The notes under the pieces were generated by a model, which saw only the letters and a program-made list of their open reading frames with translations, was not told where the DNA came from and searched no databases. The position numbers and the translations under genes are program-made. This document shows, one piece after another, positions 24,433 to 35,568 of a stretch of 64,000 nt of DNA. The DNA comes from Sphagnum compactum. Its lineage: Eukaryota. The stretch lies in NCBI GenBank assembly GCA_965153455.1, contig OZ234493.1, positions 25,100,213-25,164,212 on the forward strand, read 5' to 3'. Numbering within the stretch: the first letter of the stretch is position 1; every line of letters starts with the position of its first letter.

Positions 24433-24993
24433 TATATATCCCTTGGTACGGAAACATTCTATCCCCTGTTTTTCGTAACCACACAACACTAATGTGATCC
24501 AAGTTCAACTTGTTTGGTTACAGATAGTGTCCGATTGTACACTAGTCTGTGCAGGAAAAAAAAATCTTTTACTGGCTGAAGTGTGTTTCTTCTTCTTGTC
24601 CGGTTACCAGAATGTGTCGAGTTGCAGACAGGTGTCCGGTTACAGAGCAGATTGTGTCCCCTCTCTTTCCCCGCTGCTGCCTGAAGTGTTCTTGTTCGGT
24701 TTAGGGTCTAGGTTTACCAACCTCTGTGCGGTTACAAACATGTGTCCGGTTAACGAGGAGATTGTGTCTTCTCTCTCCCCTTCCTGCCAGCCTGAAGTGT
24801 TCATGCACGGTTACCAACATGTGTCCGGTTTCAGGTGTCTGTCCGGTTACAGGAAAGATTGTGTGCTTCCCTTCTCTCGCTCTCTGTGTGCGCGTACGTT
24901 TGTGTGTGCGAGTGGGAGGAAGTGCCTGCAGTGCAGTCTTATCCGTTTGCTGCACGTACTTGTTGCTGCTGCTCTTGCTCCTCCTCAGCAGCC

Positions 24994-26636
24994 ATGGCGG
25001 CAGCGGCAGCAGCTTGCTCCTCCTCTTTCTTGAGGTTGAGTGTTGATGCCACCCACAAGAACTATTTTTCGTCTTTTGTGCCCAAAGCAAGCAGCGCTTT
25101 TGTATCATCGTCGTCGTCATCAATATCATCATGTAGCTGCTTGAAGGGACAGCCGCTGCTGGAGTCGCGGGGAGGAGGAGGAGCTGTGTTCGTAGGAATG
25201 CCGGTCCGTAGGCCTTTCCAAGTGCTGGCCATGGCGCCGCCTAAACCTTCCGGGAAAGCTAAGAAAGGTGTGTGCTCTCAGCAACTTTTTCTATCATCCG
25301 CCTACGAGCGGTTGGTTTGTTGAGAGGATGAATTCGGTGCCTGAGAGAGATAGATAGAGAGAGAATGGGCACTTTGTTTCCTAATGATACGCAAATGGGA
25401 TGGAATTGCTGGGGTGTGCGGTGTGTGTTTTTTTGTGAGGATTGCAGTGATAGGAATTGTTAAGCTTGCGTTGGAGGCCGGGAAGGCCACCCCAGCACCG
25501 CCTGTGGGACCTGCCCTGGGATCCAAGGGTGTCAACATCATGGCATTTTGCAAGGAATACAATGCCAAGACAGCAGACAAGCCTGGCTACGTCATTCCTG
25601 TTGAAATCACTGTTTTCGATGTATGTTTGCGCAAACCCTAGCTTTTCTTTCGAACCATCAGTTGCGTTCTTTATTTTTATTTTTTTGGAGCAGAACTTGT
25701 GGTGACAACAACCCCCCAACTTACTTCTAGTCTTGGCAGAAGAACCAGAGGGAATTCTTTGTTTTTTTGAGGGGCAAAACTAACTACCCATGGATGCTGC
25801 TGTTGTTGGCTGGCCATGTCTTGCATTAGGACAAGAGCTTCACATTTGTCTTGAAGACTCCACCAGCTTCGGTCCTCCTTCTCAAAGCAGCAGGTAATTT
25901 TATTTTTTTATTCACAAATTTTGTTGCTTGCAAGCAGTGTCAAATTGTGATGCAGTCCTTGCAGATGAACTGCCTCTTTGTTGTCCCTACTATTGAACAA
26001 GCTAATTGTTACAAGAGTTAGGGTTTGTTTTCTGGTGTTTTGGTTTTGCAACAAAGTTAGGGTTTGTTCTCTGGTGTTTTGGTTTTGCAACAAGGTTAGG
26101 GTTTTTTCTCTTGTGTTTTGGTTTTGCAACAAGGTTAGGGTTTTTTCTCTGGTGTTTTGGTTTTGCAAGGTATTGAAACTCAGCTCAGAGAAACACAAGC
26201 TCATGCTTGCTTGTGCTATTTTTTTCCATTTACTCTTTTAAAGAATTGCTTCTCTTCTTGTCCAATCTGTTTTCTCCCCCCCCCTTTCCTGCAATAATGG
26301 TTCAGAGCTCAGTAAAAATGGTTTCTCATCGATTGACATCTTGGAGCTGGTTTTTATATTCACATTTCAAAACCAACATCTGGATTTGACTCTGGTGCTT
26401 TGCTTTTTTTTACTATCTTTCTTGCAGGAGCTGAAAAGGGCTCAAAAGACCCACAACTTCAGAAAGTTGGCAAGGTAACAATTGAGCAGCTACGAGAGAT
26501 TGCAACAGAGAAGTTGCCTGATTTGAATTGCACAACAGTTGAGTCAGCCATGAGAATTGTTGCTGGAACTGCAGCTAACATGGGCATAGATGTTGTACCA
26601 CCTTTGCTTGAGAAGAAGCAAAAAGTCATACTTTAG
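24994..26636 (+). CDS. rpl11: Nuclear-encoded plastid 50S ribosomal protein L11 (uL11c), 239 aa; join(24994..25267,25448..25620,25830..25893,26428..26636)
   Basis: Ser/Ala-rich transit peptide, then [78 protein letters not shown]; all introns GT-AG and in phase. Confidence 0.96.
26012..26170. repeat. 39-bp tandem repeat (about 4 copies) in rpl11 intron 3
   Basis: caaggttagggttttttctctggtgttttggttttgcaa repeated. Confidence 0.9.
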
Positions 26637-27019
26637 TTCCCTATTTTCCCCCCCCCCAAAAAAAAAAAACACTCACCTTGTAGTTTGAGATTTATGTGCA
26701 TATCTTTGTGACTGGAAGAGGAGAAGAGACAAGAACCGTTTTTTTCTTTTCCAATCTGTGCAAATTTTTTCAAGTGAAAGGGTAGTCCATTTCATGGCGA
26801 GGTATGGATTGGAATGAAATTTGCGCTCTAGTCTTCACTTGATCTTATTGATTTTGATGTTCTGGTTTTCTTACTCATGAGTATGGAGGTTTCTTGATTT
26901 CTCATGAGAGTTATTATTTATTTGTTTTGTTCTTTATTGCCCATGGAAATTTTACATATGTTTTTGTGTATCCCTTGTCTAGATCTTGGGTTCAGACTGG
27001 TCTCAAGACCAAACTTGAG

Positions 27020-27440
27020 AATTCATAAGACCAGTTCTTTGGATTTCCAAAACCTTTGGTTCTGATCATTTTCTCAAAAAATTTAGAGCCAGACCAATTG
27101 AAGACAAGGTCCAGCTCCATTTCCATTACACAACTAAATCAACAAAAGAGTAATACTATTAGTTTATTCAACTATTGTACACAATTCAAGATAAAGATTA
27201 TTTAATATTTGTATATGTACAATCAATTAAATGCAATAACTTGTTTAAAATGTAAGGCTAAGTTTATATATTTTTAATAAAAATTGTACTTATGTGTTTA
27301 AAGAACATGAACCTTTTAAAATGAGGAAGCACCTTTGATTGAGGTTTGATAGAAAATAGATTGGTTCTCCAATTAAGTTTGGATGACAGTTCCAAACACA
27401 AAAATCTGAAATTCTAATTCAGTTTCGAATATAGATTGAT
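27020..27440 (+). repeat. Dispersed repeat; second copy at about 43600-43980
   Basis: Colinear similarity including ttctttggattt.caaaacctt..atcatttt and tgcaataacttgtttaaaatgta. Confidence 0.75.
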
Positions 27441-27854
27441 TCTCTGGTTATGACAGTGCCAAGAAAATTTGAAATCTCCAATCTAGAGTCATATTTCCAG
27501 AGTAAAAAGAAAGGGTTTGTTTCCAAATGTTTGGTTCCTTTGGTTGTCTAATTCTGTTGGCCAAAGGCAAATAAGCATTAGATGAGGTTGAAATGGGTGG
27601 AGCCCAGCTGATTCTAATGCGTAACCTAGCTGTTGTGGGATTATCCTGGCAATGTTCTGAATTCAATACCTGACATCTGAGGTGTTGTTTGATTGACAAG
27701 GATCTTCTTGAATGGAGCATTACAAGATTGATGCCTACTCAGATTACAGACATAAAATTGTATTAGTTGCCAACTCTGACCACTCTGCTCTTTAATCTGC
27801 CTAGGGAAGTGAAAGAATAATCCATGCCACTGCTGATTCACGTATTTGGGAACA

Positions 27855-27889
<35 letters not shown>

Positions 27890-30800
27890 TGGGAACAACC
27901 AAATTCTTTGGATTCAAGTGTGTGACACTGAAATCCCCCTAATGAATTCACAGGTTTTTTGCCAACATAAATTGCCTAATAATAGAAGGAGTGTTTTTTT
28001 TTGGATTGCTGAAGTGGTTGATGATCATCTAGCCTACTGTAATGCAGGGGCAGCTTCAGCACTTGTCTACTGAATAATTAATTAAATTTTGAAGATTTTC
28101 ATTTTGAAAAGTTGAACATTCCTGAACATTCCTGAATATTCTTCATTTCCCTTCACACAAAAAAAAATTCCATTAAGAAAAGTTATAATTTGAAAAATTC
28201 AGCATTTCTAGAAATAATATAATTTGTGCTGAAGCTGTCAAGGTACTATGGTATATATATCCTTAGGAAGTTTAAGCCAAAATTTGGCAAGTAAAAAAAA
28301 TGTAAGCTTCCTTCTATTTGTTTTGCTACATATGGAATCAAATTGTAGAAATATGGAATTATCATTATTATTATTATTATTATTATTAATCATTGAAAAT
28401 CCAGAAATTACTATTCTTTTTTGCATTAAATCTTCACTTTCACTTTTTGGCAAATTTTCTCCAGTAAAATAAAAGGTTGATTCTAACAAGATTCTAACCA
28501 CACCCCTTCTTTCGCTGGCATTTATGGTGTAGGGTAAAAGCCGGAGGGGGCTGCCTTTCCGGGAATAAGGACCTCACAAGGCCTAACTGAGCACAGGCCA
28601 GATTGCCATAAAAGCTCACCCCCAACCCCAAGGGCTTTTACATAGCATAAAAATCACACGCCCCTTTTTTTAAAATAAAATAAATTCCTGTGATACCTGG
28701 CGGGTACCTTCCGAGTATCAAAGGAACACAAACAATAATGAGCTCTTCAAAAATGTAATTACATTTCTGTAAAGCCCACCAACCTTTTACGCCCCCCCAT
28801 AAGGCAGGCATGGCGCTCTCCGGGTACACTACCAAAACCAGGGCAGGTTATTACAGACACATGATTCACTAGTTTAAGACCAATAGTTTGAGTTGAGAGA
28901 TGAAAGTTCAAATGTGATGACGACCAATTTTCCATTCGTTTATCTTCTTCACCAACAACCAAATCTGCATAAAATGCCTTCTCTCACATGCAAGCATCAC
29001 AATATCATCAGTGCAGTTTGCAAAGCAACTAGCATCACTATTGTTATGTGATCTCAGTTCAGCTTGCATTCAACACTCATATATTGCATGTATTGAACGA
29101 CAAAGATCCCTGAGATCGTATTTTCCGTGGATGTCAGAAAAACACCATAAGTTGGGAGAAGTGAGCCTAAACAGGCACTTTTCGTACCGGATGAACTCTG
29201 CTCACTTCAAAAAATGATGAGAAAAAATAATCCACAAAACTCCGAATGGTTTGCGGATCCAAGACCAGGGTGGGTGGGTGGGTGGGCAGGTGAGGGGCAC
29301 GAGTGAGAAGGGGGTGGGTCAATATAATTTAATAAGTAGAAGAATCCGTTGAAGCCATTGAAAGAAAAAATAATAATAAATTCCATTCAACAAATTGCCC
29401 ATCAAAGTGGGCAACCAGTCCTGTACACAAACTGGTTTTGACCACTTTTAAAGCAACTGACTAGGTCCACTTAAGTCATTTATGTATTTATTTATTTGTG
29501 AGTGTTTACATGCTCTTGGAAAATGGTAACATCTAAACCCTACGTAAACCCTAACCCCTAAACCCTGCCTTTCACCAAACAAAATGCACTGGCACACTAA
29601 TCAATGTCCAAAATGGAAGAAGTCTCTCAAAGCTTGTTAAGCACAAAAAATAATAATAATAATAAAATGCAGAAGATTTTTTTTGGAAATTTATTTATTT
29701 AAATCCCAAGGCTTCAATACAAGCCCCCACTCTCCAAGTCAGTAGTCAATTTGTAGTTTTGTTTGTTTTTTCAGTGACAAGTCCTTCAACATAACTTATA
29801 GGTGGTGGCCTTATAACTAGTTTCATAAGATATAAATCAATGTTTTCTGAAGAAAATGTTAGCCTCATCAAAAAGATATTTGCAATTTCAGCTACACGTC
29901 CTATATAACCTTTAATTATTATTATATTCTTGGGAAAATAATTGATTTAAATATGGCCTACCTTTGACCTACCAAACTCCATAGTTGACTCATGTATTGC
30001 TAATCACTATGGTTTCAAATGCTATTTTAGTCGTACCACAGTGGTACCCATAGGGTTTGACATTTCAATGGTTTTTTAATGTCAAAAAAATCAAAGTTTG
30101 GAGTCTCATTTGTCAAAGTTGAACCATGAGTTGTGAAAATCAAGACAATAAAAGTATTCGTAAAAGGAAGAGGAGTGAAGGTGAAGAGTAGTAGTTTTCG
30201 CATAATGGGGTGACTTCAAGACCTAAACCCTAAAATTTACATTAAACAAGGCATCAGCCCTGCCAATAGATAATATGTTGTACCTCTACCTACTGTGTCC
30301 ACACTCTGAGCACCAAAACGATCCGTTCCAATCTAAACAGTCTAAACACTTTCACCAAAGAAACCAGTTCATCTAATGTAAACTGGTTTTATTAACGTAA
30401 AACTTCCAAAAGTTGGTTCCAATGCGCACGGGGCAGGGCCCAACAAATACATTGGTAATAAGTCGGAGTTGGAACCTCCCTAATGAGAAATTCTCTTTTT
30501 CCTTCAAATAACTAATATTTAAGGATGAAAAGGGATTTCAAAAGGAAAGAGTATCAAAAGACAAGGTTATTTTAACTATAACTTTAATGTCCTAACCTCT
30601 AGGATCCCCACATTTCAATAAAATTATGTGTTACAATTTTATTTTAATACTTTTTCACCAAACCAAGAAGTTTAATAATATTATATTAGGCTTGATATTT
30701 CAAATAATAATCATGAAAATTTATGGCAACTATAATAATATATAATTGCTATTCCTCATTTAGGTAGTAGAGATTGCCAATTAAAGGTTTGAAATGTTGT

Positions 30801-33099
30801 TTGTAGCCAATAGGATTCAACTCAAGTAAAAGTGTTTTATTTTATTAATAAATATGAACATACCAATTTGGTTTACACATCAAATTAATTCACACATGTC
30901 CATAATATGATCTGTTTAAATAAGCAATAGATTATAGACATTTAATCAAGTCTTACCACCAATGACCATACAACTTTAAAAAATGCATGGGCATTGTCAT
31001 CAATAGGGCATGCAATTAAAGATTATAACATAATTGAAAAAATCTTGGCAAGAGGACAAGGGTTGAAAATACGTGGTAAGCCCATAAGGCAAGCTCACAT
31101 TTCATACATGACATGCACAAGACCACAACATACACAAACTTTCAAATGCGGTACTTGCCAAACTCAATAGGGGGGGGGGTTTCAAAGGTTGATTATATTG
31201 TATTTAATTTTATGCAATAATTGATTACTGCAATAAGCAACTCTCTCAAATGTTCACTTGGTTGGTTGCCTATGATTGGATTGCATATTGAATTATAATA
31301 ATTCAAATGTCCTTTTGTGAGTGCTTTTTCACCTTTGAGGTGAAAAAAATTAAGATAAACATGGGAGTAAGGTTTGGTTTTTTTGTTTCAAAACCTTCAT
31401 CACTAGAAACATTTGTGTGTAACCTTTTGCAACTCAAAAATGTAATACTTGCAAATGTGTTTCAAAACCTTCATTGTGCACAACCTCATGTAATACGCAC
31501 ATAGTATGGCCCAAACATTCACTATGCACATGGCCAATGTGAAATAGCTACATATGACAATTTCAGGAGAGGCCAACTGTGCAATACTTGTATTGCTCAC
31601 TTCAAACCCACAATGTGTAGCACATAGATTGTGCATTATTCACATTTGGGTTTCCAAATCATCCCTTATGTCCATGACCCAATGTGTAAATGCCCTTCTT
31701 GTTTTTTCAACATTTTGTTTCATCTCTCAATGTCTTGTTCCATACATGTGCATTCTAGAATAATACACATGATGTGGTTTGAAATTAAGCTTTCAATGTG
31801 AAACCATGGGATAAAAATTTAAATTTAACTCAAAGAAGATATATAAACATGCATTTATCCATTGTCATGTGCATAGTATTTCAAAAGATATATGCATGAA
31901 AAAATACATCTATGCATTGAATCAAAAACAAAAATCATTGTGCATGGATGTGTTACGTGTAAATGTATTCCCAATGAATGGTCAACACATTGTGTATCTC
32001 CATGGAAAGAAAACATATATCTTTTGATGTATTATCTTTTTGTTTTAAAAGCACATCCATTTGATTGCCCATAAAATTTAAAATTCTTTTTGTCACTATA
32101 CATACACCATTAACCAAGTTGATTGTATCATTCAATTGTGTTATCTTCTTTTACAAACCTTCTTAACCTTGCATATTACAATCCTCACATCCATATTCAT
32201 CACATGAACAATCCCCTTTGATAAATTGCATAAACACGAAATACTAAACATTGGAGAGGAAAATTTAGTGTTAATTGCGTACAACATTGAATCCTTGTTG
32301 GGTATTAACAATATTTTCTATAAGGTAATGCCCCAAGGATGTTGGGGCATTCCCAAAATAAAGGGCGTAGGTGATCCAAATCCATACACATGTTTTGTAA
32401 TTTGAACCTTGTTCACAACATTTGATTACATCATACCCAATTCTACTTAATTTAATTTGTTTCATCGTTAGCAATTTTTGATGCATTAACAAACTTTCCC
32501 AATTTTATAGGAATGGGTAAAAAAATTGCAACCCAACTTTGAAATCCTACTTGTAAGGCTTTGTATATACATGTATATAGTCATATATTGTTTCGTTCCA
32601 ATAGAATAGTTCTTTGAGGTAAACCCCCTCTCATTCACACCCCCCAAGTCAAAAAAAAATATTGAGCCTATTGGATGCATAAAGTTTCCCTTCATTGATT
32701 AAGGGGAATTTTCATTCCTAAATATGTTTTTCACCATTTTTTGCTTAAGCTAAAGGAAGGGTTTGGGAATATGGGTGTATCATCGCTTTGCAAGCCCGAT
32801 TTTCACATTGTGTGATGTATATAGTTAATTAATGAAATACATGATTGAAAGGGTTCTTTCTAACATAGAAAATCATCAATATGAGTTTCATTAGGGCAAG
32901 ATGACTTTTAAAAATCATCATCCTCAACACAATTATCTTCCAAATCCCCTCTCCAACATGCACCCATGCTTATCAAACTAAAAGTAGCTCGGACCCCTAT
33001 TATCTATGATCAAATTCACAATATATAAAAGTTTAAAACAACAATATCATGCCAAATAATCAATTATAGTTGATGAAACCTTGGAAAATTTTATTAAAT

Positions 33100-34975
33100 A
33101 AAGCACCCAATAAAGGGGGAAAAGGAAAACAAAAAGAGAGGACCCAAGTTCAAGCCATAAATGCAAAAAACCAAAGGGGGTCACAAAGGGGCTAAAGAAC
33201 AAATTATGTTCCAAAGTCCCCCACTAGTTGCAAATAAACATATCAAACAAGGAAAAAGAAGGAAAACTTGAAAAAACAATAACCTTGGAAAAGCCTTCAC
33301 TTGTAATGATGGCATATTTCAAAATAGAAATAGCTTACGTTTTTTGAAAGGCTACCAACATTCTTTGTTTATAAAAGGCACGTAAAATTGCCAGAGGAAG
33401 GCCATTGATGCCTTTTGTTGACCATGACATGCTAGCACATTACTGAAAAAAATTGTTCATTCATTGGTGTAAGCACCCAAAAACCTTTATGGTAAAGGGA
33501 ATAAACACGTCTACCAAATGCTAATCATGGTAAAATCCTTCCTTTGTCTAAGCCGCCACCATCACCGCCACCCCATGAAATGAAATAATTTGAAAAATTA
33601 AATATCCTCAAGTGGGATCGACGATGACCACATCAACCAAGGTGCAAATGCCATTAAATGATAACATGATGTCAACATGTGACAATAAAATTGAAAGGAA
33701 AATGTGAAAAGACATGGGTTTGCTAACATGAAACATGAAACCTTATTATGTCTTTTGCAATGGAGGTGAAAGCATTTCAAATCGCATCATGAGATGTAGT
33801 TCATTCCTCACCATGGGAACAATGAAAAAAATAGGTCCCTGCAAGATCTAAGGGCTAACCACAAATGTAATGAATCACCCCAAAAGCTAGAGGATGGGGG
33901 AAACCCAATTTGGTGCATAATGCAAATTAAAAAAACATCACAATCAATTGAAAATGTGGAATGATTAAGTGGGCAAATAGCTAAGCACTCACCTTTGGGC
34001 CCATGCAATACCTCAAGCATGCATAATGTGAATCAAAAGGCTTGTTAGAAATGATGCTTAAAAAAATGGTCATGTAATCTATTTGAAGTGTTTTTTTGAA
34101 GCTAATTTGATCCCATTTCAACAAATTACATGAAAGGCGGAATGCATGTCATTACATTTGGGGGAAAGAACTCTTGCACTAACTTCAAATGGGCTTGGAA
34201 GGGGAGTGGGCCGAAACTATTGACACCTATTACCTCCAATAAGAATGGGCAATGATTCAATAGGAATTTGATAGTGATATTAGGTGCAATAAGTATCCAA
34301 CTCCCTAAATAGGTTGTTGGTGCAATGAACTCTATAAAAATGAAGCTAATCCCCCCATGAAAGATGGGGAGAGAAATGTGTCAATGCATCAAGGGGGCCT
34401 ATGGGCAATTCAAAAAGCTTAGGCCCAAGGGTCGCCCAAAAACTTGCATGAAGGTTGAGTTGGAAAAGGCGAGCTACTGCCAAAACATTAATAAGGGAGG
34501 GAAACAATGAAACAAATAGAAAGGTTTTTGGGCAAAACATTGAGAGGATCTTAAAAACAACTTGGACATCCCCTAAACTTAAAAATGCTTCTACATGATA
34601 AACATCTTCGTCTAACATATATTGTAAGAAGGATGAAAAGAAATAAGCAAACTCAATTGGGATGCCTAAAACCTTCATGTTGTTTGATGGGCAACAAATT
34701 AACAAGAAGAGAGAAACCAGGAGATAAATCATAAGATGACAAAGCCAAATGCTAGCAAGAATGAACCACGAACCCCACATAAACCAATTGAGAAACAAAA
34801 TGATCAAAAGCAAGAAGAACAATACAAGCCATACTAATTATGTGATTGTCGTTTTGTTCACAAAGGAAGAGAAAATACAAGAAAGCAAAACCCTTTGAAA
34901 CATTGTAGCACATGAAAATGAACCGACCCTCAAAAGGTCCGACAAAGGAATCGCCCTGATGTGTGCCCTCCAAAA
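33100..34975 (-). mobile_element. 5'-truncated, degenerate non-LTR retrotransposon (CRE-like: RT plus C-terminal REL endonuclease)
   Basis: Minus-strand remnants GTHQGD (RT QGD motif), KVLGIP, LVDVVIVDP and YHD..DVFIPFTIKVFGCLH (REL-type endonuclease); heavily mutated. Confidence 0.65.
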
Positions 34976-35347
34976 CTAAATATTTGAAAGGGTGGCATAA
35001 AGCATTAGTAGAAAATTCTTATTGTATCTGGAGGGCAAATTACCAAGTGAAACTTTTCTTCTGTAGAAGGTGGGGCATTTGAAAGACAGAATGCTCACTC
35101 CAATAGTCATTTCTTTTATTTTCATTTTCCCCCCTTGATTCTCAATGGATACTTGTGGGGGTAAAAGGGGGGAAAAAAAGGGGTTTTTTTTTCAGATGAT
35201 TTATGTCAATTAACGTTGTCAAAGCCAGGCAATTCCAAAAGAAACGCCCACCAAGAGGAGCTGTGAGGAGCATATATTTCAGAAACACCCCCACTCTTCA
35301 GGCATTACTTTACTCATTATGTTCTTCATGCCTTGGGTATGTATTGG

Positions 35348-35568
35348 GGTCCAGGGTGAACCGGCACCCTCATTGGTGCCTTTACCTTTCTGTGGGAGGC
35401 CTCTTAATAGCCAGCCATATTATACCCAAAGATGTTAAATTTGAACTCAGTGACCTTGGTTTAGTCTAAGCATAAGATATTTATAATATTTATAAATAAT
35501 TCGAATGGATTTTTGGAATTTTTACCATGGTACCAAGTTCTAATGTGGGTGTTGGTTCACCCAAGGCC
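35348..35568. mobile_element. MITE with related copies at about 7955-8200 and 9220-9350
   Basis: Inverted ends ccagggtgaaccggcaccctcatt / aatgtgggtgttggttcacccaaggcc; shared core gaccct(t)g(g)tttagtcta..gatatttata. Confidence 0.65.

Noticed and set aside
27448-29220. Moderately GC-rich short ORFs downstream of rpl11
   Set aside because: No recognisable domain or coherent splice model; a lncRNA cannot be excluded
29530-29570. Telomere-like AAACCCT repeats (also about 8280, 41560 and 52670); considered as a telomerase RNA template
   Set aside because: Short degenerate telobox-type motifs with no USE/TATA snRNA-type promoter identified
31300-32300. Possible old DNA-transposon remnant
   Set aside because: Too degenerate; no motifs or termini I could support
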